From IMG/VR virus record IMGVR_UViG_3300044612_002367: a stretch of DNA of 64,000 nt. One strand, given 5' to 3'. The position numbers and the translations under genes were made by a program. A model generated the notes under the pieces. The model was not told where the DNA came from, did not search any database, and worked only from the letters and a program-made list of their open reading frames with translations. Source of the stretch: an uncultured virus (IMG/VR IMGVR_UViG_3300044612_002367) (taxonomy: Duplodnaviria > Heunggongvirae > Uroviricota > Caudoviricetes). How positions within the stretch are numbered: position 1 is the first letter of the stretch; every line of letters begins with the position of its first letter. Shown one piece after another: positions 22,411 through 31,770 of the stretch.

Positions 22411-23698
22411 TTAGTTACCTACATACCACCAATGGCATTCAGCACAAAAATACCATAAGATGCCATAGTTATGATCATACTTGTATGCTAGTATATCACA
22501 TTTTCCACATGGACAAATATCACTAAGAGTTTTCATAAACTAACTCCACATACTTATCCACAAGTTCGGAAACTGCAATCTCATGGGTAGAAATAAGTTC
22601 TTTAACTTGGCTTACATTTTGCTTATTCACAGCCGCCATTCTATTCCTGAAAAAACTAAGAATATAGATCATGGCTTTTTCTCTATCGTTAGTCATACAA
22701 CCCCTTAGTATATTCTTCTGGAATAATCGGACACCAACTCTTTGCTCGTTCCTCGTCGTAAGGAAGCCAGAACGGAGCATCACAAGCATCAACAACTCCA
22801 AATTTTTCGTTAGTGAAAATATGGGGGCAAAGGTCTATCTTTTTTTCTTCATTAACTTTCAAGCCATTTTCATCGTAATGATATGGAAAGAATCCCCTGT
22901 CCTCTTGATAAGAATAGTGTCCAATCCCGATACCAATATGCGGCCCAAAGTAATAAATCTTCTGTCCAACCTCTGGTGGATTCTTATGAGAGTTAAACCA
23001 TTCCATTACTTGTATACCTCTATCTGCCACCTACCATATTTGAGTTCAGCAGTAACACTCATACCCAACTTAACCAGTTCGGATACGATTTCGGCCAATC
23101 GCTCAATCTCATTAATATTAAGATAGATCATTTTCCCCTCACAACTACCAAACACTTTGTACCAGTATCCCCATCGGTATACTTCACACATTCATGAGGC
23201 CCGTAATACCAAGCATCATTCTTAGAGAAGTTGAACACAATCTCTTCGGTCTTGAGTTCGGTATCATTATACCCACCCTCATACCCAAGAGTCAATACCC
23301 TCATATCGCCGGGATAGTTCTTCAACTGCTCAATAAGTTCACTTACAGTCATTACCAATCCTCCGGCATAGGAATCTCTTCAAAACCAATATAGCATACC
23401 ACTAACGAATTGTCAAACTGATCCCATTCCAACATACCATCATCATATTCACCGTGCCACCAATCACCCCATCCACCCTCTTCCTTATTCCAAGTAAGAT
23501 CAATAGGAGATGAATATCCCTTCACACAACAAAGATATTTCTGATTAACAACAGGATTATCATAATGCCAGTTCATTATTTCCACCTAAAACTAAAGTGT
23601 GTAGACTGCCCGACATAACCAACAAGTTTTCACTTGTTCTGTAATCATTCTACTATGTAGTATCGGCCTGTCAACTAAAAAAATCCACAAAAATTTTT

Positions 23699-23742
23699 CT
23701 GTCATTTTGGCAGTTTTCGCGGCCCATCTGCCACTTTGGCAG
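23699..23742. repeat. Motif A copy 7
   Basis: ctgtcattttggcag-ttttcgcggcccat-ctgccactttggcag. Confidence 0.95.
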
Positions 23743-23918
23743 TTATTCAGGGTCTATTGGTTCATCAGTGTAGTATTGAGAGTCGGTCAAAACGCTAGGC
23801 TTGAACTTGCTAAGTTTTGTCTTTTTGCAATCAGCACAAACTCTAGCCAGGGGAATACCTCTAGCATCACTCTCCCACCAACTATTCTTACCAGAACCAC
23901 AAGAACAATACTTGATAA

Positions 23919-24428
23919 TCATGCTTCTACCTCATCACCAAAAAATTCTTCCATACCAAATTCATTCCACAATGCAACAGGAATCATATCCTTAGTAGTA
24001 TACTCACAATAATTATCAGCACCATTATCCCAAATTCCACAAAAGGCCATTCCAGGCCCCCAATAACTAGCCTTTACATCATATCCCAACTCTACCAGTT
24101 TATTATACAAACCGATTGGAGGAGCCCAGGCACTATCAAAACTACAATTAGCCTGATTACCAACCCTAGTAGCCTTCAAGCCGTATCTTTCTTCTTTGTC
24201 CGTACCCATATCAGCACCAATATCCCACTTAGTTCCCCAGTTATTTACACACCAATTATACCAATAGTTTGGATCATTTTGATCTAGGATAATATCGCCG
24301 CTCTCATTTTTAGGAACGGGCAAATAATGCTCACAAACATTACCAGCGTTATAAGCATCAACAAATTCCTTCAACTTAGAAGGATCATTATGCTCAACAG
24401 TCAATTTGTTCATGCACCAGTTTGGCAT
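23919..24428 (-). CDS. DUF1281/Api92-like ferredoxin-like fold protein
   Basis: MPNWC.N, WYNW...NWGTKWD and FDSAWAPP signatures. Confidence 0.8.
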   Translation of the reverse strand: MPNWCMNKLTVEHNDPSKLKEFVDAYNAGNVCEHYLPVPKNESGDIILDQNDPNYWYNWCVNNWGTKWDIGADMGTDKEERYGLKATRVGNQANCSFDSAWAPPIGLYNKLVELGYDVKASYWGPGMAFCGIWDNGADNYCEYTTKDMIPVALWNEFGMEEFFGDEVEA

Positions 24429-24716
24429 ATTTTTACCCTTTAGTTAGAACTACCACACACAGCACTATGCTTTTGCTCATTCAACTTTTTCATAATCAAA
24501 GTTGTAGTAGTCTCTTTCAACTCCAACACCGTATCAAACTTGATCTTATGCACAGCCTTATTGGTACTAGGAGTTTCAGCCACAGCACAAACCAGAGTAG
24601 CATACTCCATCATGATACTAGCAATCTCGTCACGAATTGTATGATTACGAGTCATTGTTTTTCTCCTCTTTGGTCTAGTCTACACTATCTTTTATCGGTT
24701 GTCAAGAGCACAAAAT

Positions 24717-25166
24717 TTAGGCTGCACCCGCAAGAGTCTTTCCATTAGAATAATACTTATTCCGGCGAAGTTTCTTCATCATGGTCTTTTTGGTGAAAGT
24801 CTTAGTCTTGATACCGTTAGGGGTGATATAGACCAAAACAATCTTATCAAAATTCTTAGTCTTGATATTCTGGAACTGATAAAAATGCCGACCACTAGGC
24901 AACTGACGAGCCAGAGAAGACTTGACTTCAACACGTTGACCATCAACCAGCATATCAAAAGGATTGGTTCCCCCGATATACTTAACCCTCCGACCTTGCA
25001 TAATCAACTTATCCCTAATCATCTTCTCCACAATAGCACCACGATGCTGATTGTTCAGTCGAGACAGACTATAGGACAAACGGCTCTTTCGCACAGAAAA
25101 CACACTCTTGCTGCTCAGTCCCTTGATTTCCCCCAAAACCCGATTCATGTGCTTCAGCGTGAACAT
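24717..25166 (-). CDS. Putative PD-(D/E)xK endonuclease
   Basis: G...E helix followed by PFDMLVDGQRVEVKSS; very basic. Confidence 0.6.
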   Translation of the reverse strand: MFTLKHMNRVLGEIKGLSSKSVFSVRKSRLSYSLSRLNNQHRGAIVEKMIRDKLIMQGRRVKYIGGTNPFDMLVDGQRVEVKSSLARQLPSGRHFYQFQNIKTKNFDKIVLVYITPNGIKTKTFTKKTMMKKLRRNKYYSNGKTLAGAA

Positions 25167-25269
25167 TATCGTTTTCCATTATCTTTGAGGTTAGTTGATC
25201 ATCCCTTATGTAAGCCTCATTATATGGATTATCGGCATCTTGTCAAGAAAAATTTGTCGAAAAAAATAA

Positions 25270-25313
25270 CTGCCATTTTGGCAGTTTTCGCGGCCCGGCT
25301 GCCAATTTGGCAG
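25270..25313. repeat. Motif A copy 8
   Basis: ctgccattttggcag-ttttcgcggcccgg-ctgccaatttggcag. Confidence 0.95.
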
Positions 25314-26143
25314 GCCAAAACCCCCTCAAAAGAGGAGGCTGGCCAAGCCGGTCTTCATCAATACATCCCCCATAGGAAATCGACGAACATTAGTAGCACG
25401 TTCAGCATAAAACTGTCGAATCTTACCATCAAACGTCTGGCAAGTTACCAGATGATGAGTACGCTTAAAGATTGAATCGTGACGACGATAACTGCTAGTA
25501 CGATCCAACTTTCTAATAGTCTCATCGCTCAACGTATAAACAGGCTCAATAACCTTAGCAAGAATCCTTTGACGCTCACCATGAAAAGGCTGCTCATAGT
25601 CAAAATTATATACTTCACCAACCTTAGCAGTGCTAAGACTACCATGAATGCCGTTGTAAACATTCAAAGCGAGAATAAACAGCAAAGCAGCAATACCAGC
25701 AACAGCAGCAATACCAATATAAACCATATCGTTCATTATCAAACCCTTTCGTTATTGAAAACCTTTTCCACCAGTATACTCTATTATCGACACTTGTCAA
25801 GCCGCCGCTTTAGAAAAATTTTCGCTCCAAAATTCGGCAACTTCATGCAGATTCACAGCACTATCATTCCATGCCACACCATCCGGTGTTTCGTATGCGA
25901 TAGCAGAGTTGATATCCATCTCTCGCAACCTAGCCTTAAAATCATTATAGTTTTGACATACGGCCGCGAATTCGTTCAGACCTTCATCATTACTAATCCA
26001 TAAACAAACATTCCAAGTCTGATAATTAGCGTAGCCGTTATAGGTTCCGTCAGGACTCATTTTTCTACCCTTTCAATTAGAGGTATGTCCTAAGTATATC
26101 ATCATAATCGGCAAATGCAAGAGGGAAAATTTAGAAAAAATGT

Positions 26144-26187
26144 CTGTCATTTTGGCAGTTTTCGCGGCCCATCTGTCATTTTGGCAG
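26144..26187. repeat. Motif A copy 9
   Basis: ctgtcattttggcag-ttttcgcggcccat-ctgtcattttggcag; supplies the TGA stop of ORF 26176-26433. Confidence 0.95.
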
Positions 26188-26737
26188 ATAGGTTATTTCT
26201 TGTCCATTTTCAATCATAGCGGAGTATGCTGCTATCCGCTTATCCTTTTCACGTTTTTCGATTTGATGATCGGTTTCGCCGATCTCTAACGAATCACACT
26301 TGCGTTCAAGATCGGCCAATGAAACACTATCGGTACGATTATCACGAAAGTTTTCGGGCAGCCAATCATTAGGAATCAGAATAACATCCTTGATAATCCG
26401 ATCAAACTCTGCGAGCAATTCATAACCGTTCATTTTACTTCCTAATAAAAAGTGCTTCGATCTCTAAAAACCAATGATAGCCTATAAATGCAAAAAACAC
26501 AAGAGCAATCACGACTTTTTTATCCTTTCGGTCAATCCGCTTGGATGATGAATCACGATCCATCCCTCGTCCGCTTTTTTAATCATTTCCGTTGGCGTTG
26601 GGCCTTTACGATTCTTCCAGTATTCTTTCGCTTGAATCCTAGCCAAATAAGCATCATAATCGTTTTTCATTGTTCTCTCCTGATGAATAGATTATACATT
26701 TAGAATCGGCATTGTCAACAAAAGAAAACGGTTTTTC

Positions 26738-26782
26738 GCTGACTACAGCCCATATAGCCAAATCCGTAGGATTAGATGGGAC
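26738..26782. repeat. Motif B copy 5
   Basis: gctgactacagcccatatagccaaatccgtaggattagatgggac. Confidence 0.9.
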
Positions 26783-27080
26783 AGTCAGGAGACTCCCATC
26801 CAAATTGCATTTTCCAGACAGTAATCATAAAACATATCGTTCAATACTTCGTAGCAATTGTTTTCCGTAATCCTACGACGATCAAAAGTGGACTCACACT
26901 CGGCATACAGTTTGCCATCAACGGTCAAAATCAGACTCACATTATGGCTTTCATCAGCCCAAATTTGCTTCAGCGTATCACGAATCTTAGTGGTGTCCAT
27001 TTTCTTCTCCTTTGCTTTTGTTATCGGTATTTTACCAACAAACTCTTGAATGTCAAATAAAAAAAATGAAAATATTTAGT

Positions 27081-27124
27081 ATGCCATTTTGGCAGTTTGG
27101 CCGCGGCGCCCGCCATTTTGGCAG
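27081..27124. repeat. Motif A copy 10
   Basis: atgccattttggcag-tttggccgcggcgc-ccgccattttggcag. Confidence 0.95.
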
Positions 27125-27341
27125 GCTAATTATTAGTTAATCAAATAGGTTACAATACAACCAGTGATAAAGCACATAAAAATAAAAATCATCTTCTCTT
27201 TATTATTCATATTATTCCTTTACTGGAAAAACAAGATCATGAACAAGATAAGAACCAAAAATGCCAACAATAAATCCCACACTCACACTCACCCAATTTA
27301 TATCGAACATCCGTGTTCCCTTTCTTTAGTTTAGTTTTTTC

Positions 27342-27386
27342 GCTGACTACATCCACCACATCCAAACCCGTAGGGTTAGGTGAGAC
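27342..27386. repeat. Motif B copy 6
   Basis: gctgactacatccaccacatccaaacccgtagggttaggtgagac; palindrome changed symmetrically to AACCC/GGGTT. Confidence 0.9.
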
Positions 27387-27609
27387 AGTCACCACCCGTC
27401 GCTAATCGCCTGTCTCTTTTGAGAACCGCGAGTACGCAGTCTCTTGGTTCGGTTGTCGTGCTGCCCGCTACCAGACCGATGCTCGCTATGGCCGTGTCCA
27501 ATTTCCCACAACGGACGAACATTCAACTTCACGACGATTTTCTTATTCTGCTTGCTCATAACTTTATCCTACCATAGTTTATCGGCTTGTCAATACGAAA
27601 ACTTTAGAT

Positions 27610-27625
27610 AGCAAATATCGTGCCA
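27610..27625 (-). promoter_or_regulatory. sigma54 -24/-12 element
   Basis: Minus strand TGGCACGATATTTGCT matches TGGCACG-N4-TTGCW exactly. Confidence 0.7.
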
Positions 27626-27663
27626 ATTTGGCAGAAATCGCGGCCCGCCTGCCATTTTGGCAG
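27620..27663. repeat. Motif A copy 11
   Basis: gtgccaatttggcag-aaatcgcggcccgc-ctgccattttggcag. Confidence 0.95.
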
Positions 27664-28969
27664 TATTATTACTCACTCAGTAATATTACAATATGTTAGA
27701 TTATTAACCAAAATACTCTTGATAAGCCCATCGTCCTGCTTAATTACAAGCATTTCACCCTTAGCGGGATTAGTAGATGGCCAACTCCAAACATCAATAA
27801 TAACACCAGTAAAAATACGACCATCTTTACGCTGACCAGTGAAACGTTTGTTGTAATGTTCACGCATACTCATTATTACTTCTCCGCTCCTACCACCATA
27901 CCATCCATGAAAGGATAACTCTTGTCGTCAATCTTTACAAACCACTCAAAATTCTTCTGGTAAACATATCGCGGACTATACTGGTTGATTCTATCCTTAG
28001 TGGTCAGAGTCTGCCATCCACCACTATTCAGAGTGTAGGTATTGTCGGGATGAATCTTCACAACGTAGGTACTGTGCAGCATAATCCCCACGCTACCATC
28101 GCTCAGAATTTCAGCGTAGGTATTGTTTCCAACCTTGCGACGATTAGCATTACGCTTGCCACGAACCATAGATACCGCTTCGGAATGAATCATTTTCAAC
28201 GCTCCGTATAGTTAGTGAGTTCGTTCTGATTGAAGATACCGTGCTGGCCGTTTTCGTCAACTACAAAAAACACAATCAGCGGCTTTCCGTTCTCGATGAT
28301 AACGTCGAAAGTATTCACGTGAACCTTTGCACCACTCAGCGTCGTAGCGTGAATCACAACGTCGGTAGTTGAAGCGTTCATTTGTTTTTCCTCTTTCCTT
28401 TATATCGACATTCTACAGGGGAAACTTTAGTTGTCAAGAGCAATTTTTGCAGCGTCCAAAATATGCTGAACGGTCAAATCTTTGTAGAGAACCATTGGCA
28501 ATTCCAAAATCTTTCCATAAGACTTAGGATCGTCAGTATCCCTAAGAACCGTAATATCTTTACGATACGCACCCGTATAATCCACATATCGACGCAAAAC
28601 AAATTCAACGTCTTTTGGATCATACACGCCCTGCTGAAAACCGTCATAATAAACTTTAAATTTCATATTTCTTTCTTCTACTTTCTAAGTTCAGCACGTT
28701 CCCTAGCATACCGATACATGGCACGTTCGTCAACCATGAATCTTTCTACACCCTTCAAATCCTTGAAGTTCCAATGGTAGGTGAGAACGTCAGACCTGAC
28801 CATCCAATGGGCTTCGATGTCCGAAGTCTTTTTCAGCGTATATCCCAGCTTGTTCAGTTCTTTTGCAATCGTCTTGCTATTCATCTTCTTCTCTTTTTCT
28901 TTCTCTTATATCGGTATTTTACTCATCAAACTTGAGAAGTCAAATAAAAAAAATGCCTAAAATCTTTGC

Positions 28970-29013
28970 CTGCCATTTTGGCAGTCGCCGCGGCCCGCCT
29001 GCCATTTTGGCAG
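28970..29013. repeat. Motif A copy 12
   Basis: ctgccattttggcag-tcgccgcggcccgc-ctgccattttggcag. Confidence 0.95.
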
Positions 29014-29440
29014 TTACTTTTTTGCGGCCACCTTTTCCTTTATCATTTCATTATAAAGTTTACTTAGATTTTCAACGTGAGCAATCGCTCTATTAGTTTC
29101 CCGATTCATTCGTTCCAAGGCTTTTTGATAATTACTAATCTTTTTCTTTTTCATAACTCACTCAAAATCCACAAAAATAACCTGATGATAACCGCGAGGC
29201 TTAATAGTAAGGCCAGTATCATAATCGAACGTATCAGCCTTTACACCCGTCATACCGGCCAAAGCCTTAGCCTGTCGAGTGATATTGTGTTGAGCAGCCG
29301 AGCGGCTAATAGTAAACTCGTGCCGATTCACCCAACCATAATTAGGCTCACCACCAAAAGTATCAGTATGAGTTACAATAACCTTCATCATCTTATTATT
29401 CCTGTTAGTAAAGTAAGAATCGATCCAATTTTTAATATCT

Positions 29441-29773
29441 TCAGTCTTCATAATAACCGTATCCATCATCACTGTGAAAATCCTCACGATCATCACCATA
29501 ATAACCATAATCCTCATCGGTTCCCCATCCCGCAGAAGTCATCGCGGAATCGTGGTCGCCATCCATACTATCATCATACGAATCATCCCAATCGTTCTCC
29601 TCGTTTTCCTCATCATAACCTTCATCTTCATTCATTTGATCACGGATTTCATCCAGTTCATTTTCTGGCAAACCCCAGAAATCATTGTGGTCATCATAGT
29701 TCTCATCTTCGATCATCATATCATCATCCTCCATAGAGTTATCGGGATCATACAATGGATCGGGGTGACTCAT
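29441..29773 (-). CDS. Extremely acidic 110-aa protein
   Basis: MSHPDPLYDPDNSMEDDD...DHDSAMTSAGWGTDEDYGYY; AAAAGGA RBS before the ATG at 29773. Confidence 0.75.
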   Translation of the reverse strand: MSHPDPLYDPDNSMEDDDMMIEDENYDDHNDFWGLPENELDEIRDQMNEDEGYDEENEENDWDDSYDDSMDGDHDSAMTSAGWGTDEDYGYYGDDREDFHSDDGYGYYED

Positions 29774-30073
29774 GACTTGTTCCTTTTCAACTAACGTACC
29801 ATACTTCGCCGCTGTCGTCAACCATTTCCTGCGGCTCGAATTCTTCCACAATGCCCACAACATCTGCCCAATCCCAAAAATTCACTTCCACGTTAGGATC
29901 GTCAATCGGCTCCACCATCGGCTCGATCATGCCCTCGTCGGCCATAGCGTTAAGAACAGCGTTCACTTGATCGAAATCGTGAAACATGATCTTTTCTCCG
30001 TTGTGATGCTTTGATTCTACATTAGGTATCGGCAATGTCAACTAAAAAAATTAGCGGCAAAAATTATTTTTTG

Positions 30074-30089
30074 TGGCACAACATTTGCA
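30074..30089 (+). promoter_or_regulatory. sigma54 -24/-12 element
   Basis: TGGCACAACATTTGCA (GG-N10-GC). Confidence 0.7.
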
Positions 30090-30093
30090 CTGC

Positions 30094-30137
30094 CTGCCAT
30101 TTTGGCAGCCCGGCCGCCCCGCCTGCCATTTTGGCAG
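30094..30137. repeat. Motif A copy 13
   Basis: ctgccattttggcag-cccggccgccccgc-ctgccattttggcag. Confidence 0.95.
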
Positions 30138-31073
30138 TTATCCTTTTAGGGCCATGTAACTAATAGTAAAACAGAATAGTAACAATAATAGTATACTACT
30201 ATTAGTCATCACCCCTCCAAGAGAAGGGGCTAACTTCCTCACCGCTAGCCATGATAGCAGCATACTGCTGTGCTAAAGCCTCTTTACGTTCAGCATTACC
30301 AGGCTTACCAACGGGGATAATCATAGTATCATCGCCACCATTGTAGCGAGGATCGACCTTTTCGACCTTACGCTTGCCAATCTTTCGCAAAGCCTTGCGA
30401 TTGAACTTTAATACCTTTTCACTACGAATCGGCCCGTATGTACCATCGGCCAGACTAGGCTGGTGGGGAATTGCAATTCCAAGAAAGCACGACAGGATAA
30501 CACGGTCAGCATCAATCAGAATTTGTGGCTTACTCATTTATTTTTCTCCAAAGGATGATGGATTGTAGAAACCTATAGACTACCTTGCAACCCCCCGAGT
30601 TAGGTAGCAGACACAAATCCTGCATCTTCCAACTTCAAGCATGAAACACAATCTTGAAGGTATAGACTACGATACTTCATCGTGCCAGTAGGATAATGCT
30701 TCATGGCTACAGTGAACATATGTCCCTTTGGCAAATCACGAACCAGAACAACTCGACCATCGTACTTTTTACCGTTCTTATGATCGACAACTACCATATC
30801 ATTCACGCTGACCATTGTAGTATTCTCTTTCTTTCTAGGGTTAGTTGCTATCGGGATCGGTAGGATCGGAAACATATTCCAGAATAGGGGTACAATGCTC
30901 AAGGCAGCATGAGCAAATATCATAACCCCTAATTTCATCACCACAGCAATCGGACGTAATCACTTCAATCATTCTCATTTCAATTCTCTCTTTCCTTTTC
31001 TCTTATATCGACATTATACATAGGCATACTTGAATGTCAACTAAAAAAAATCGTAGATAAAAAATATTTTCTT

Positions 31074-31116
31074 TGGCATGATATTTGCTATGCTAGAGTT
31101 TGGCATGAGATTTGCA
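31074..31116 (+). promoter_or_regulatory. Two tandem sigma54 -24/-12 elements
   Basis: TGGCATGATATTTGCT (31074-31089) and TGGCATGAGATTTGCA (31101-31116). Confidence 0.7.
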
Positions 31117-31120
31117 GCGC

Positions 31121-31164
31121 CTGCCATTTTGGCAGTTGGCGCCCGCGGCCTGCCATTTTGGCAG
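31121..31164. repeat. Motif A copy 14
   Basis: ctgccattttggcag-ttggcgcccgcggc-ctgccattttggcag. Confidence 0.95.
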
Positions 31165-31754
31165 TTACCCCTACTTCAGGGGGTATGATCCGATCCAGTC
31201 GATATGTTGAATCCACTCCCTAGCATACGGCGTACCATGCCTTTTCCGAATCAAACGGAGTTGAGAAGCCAACTCCCCTCTATATGATGGGTGCGATCCC
31301 CTGCGAACCCATTCACCGATCCACTTATTCGCGGGAACCGCCACTAGCATACTAATATCGAAAAAGTTCATCGTAAACCCTTTATTTGGCCCCCATTATG
31401 GGGGAGACTATAAGTACCCTAATAACTGCTAGTCTATCATCGACCAGGAAGGGCCGGAAGAGCAAAATCGCTCATGGCATAATTGTAGCACTCATCGAGA
31501 TAGACACTAGCGTGCTTGCCAGTATCCGACAACTTGACCACGACAAGCGTACCTTTCATGCCCATACTCTTGACATTCTGAATCTGACCGATGAAATTCT
31601 TATCATCACGATTCCGAATCGCGGAAAAATACATACCGGGAACAGGCTTCATCATCACTCACTCTCTCTTTCTTATACCACGATTATACATTAGGTTATC
31701 GGCAAATCAAGAAAAGAAAATCAGAAAAACTTTCTGAAATTTTTCCCATCATTT

Positions 31755-31770
31755 TGGCATACAGTTTGCT
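31755..31770 (+). promoter_or_regulatory. sigma54 -24/-12 element
   Basis: TGGCATACAGTTTGCT (GG-N10-GC). Confidence 0.65.

Larger units (their letters stand above)
21702..31658 (-). other. Series of 1-5-gene minus-strand cassettes of short hypothetical proteins, each with its own promoter
   Basis: ORFs such as 21702-22127, 22689-23030, 23128-23358, 24440-24655, 25326-25742, 25797-26060, 26176-26433, 26785-27000, 27876-28199, 28427-28666, 28678-28884, 30202-30537, 31171-31371 and 31437-31658, separated by promoter and repeat modules. Confidence 0.8.

Noticed and set aside
24422..30014. Long plus-strand ORFs (24699-25475, 25479-26003, 29077-29736, 29474-29794)
   Set aside because: Antisense shadows of minus-strand genes that have promoters and RBSs; they cross intergenic repeats.
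14747..31164. Motif A as a CRISPR array
   Set aside because: Only two 15-bp boxes per locus, 14-bp spacers related to each other, loci 0.5-3 kb apart, no cas genes.
14747..31164. Motif A as ordinary intrinsic terminators
   Set aside because: No consistent U-tract, substitutions are not compensatory, and exact 14-bp spacing is unnecessary for termination. Not fully excluded.
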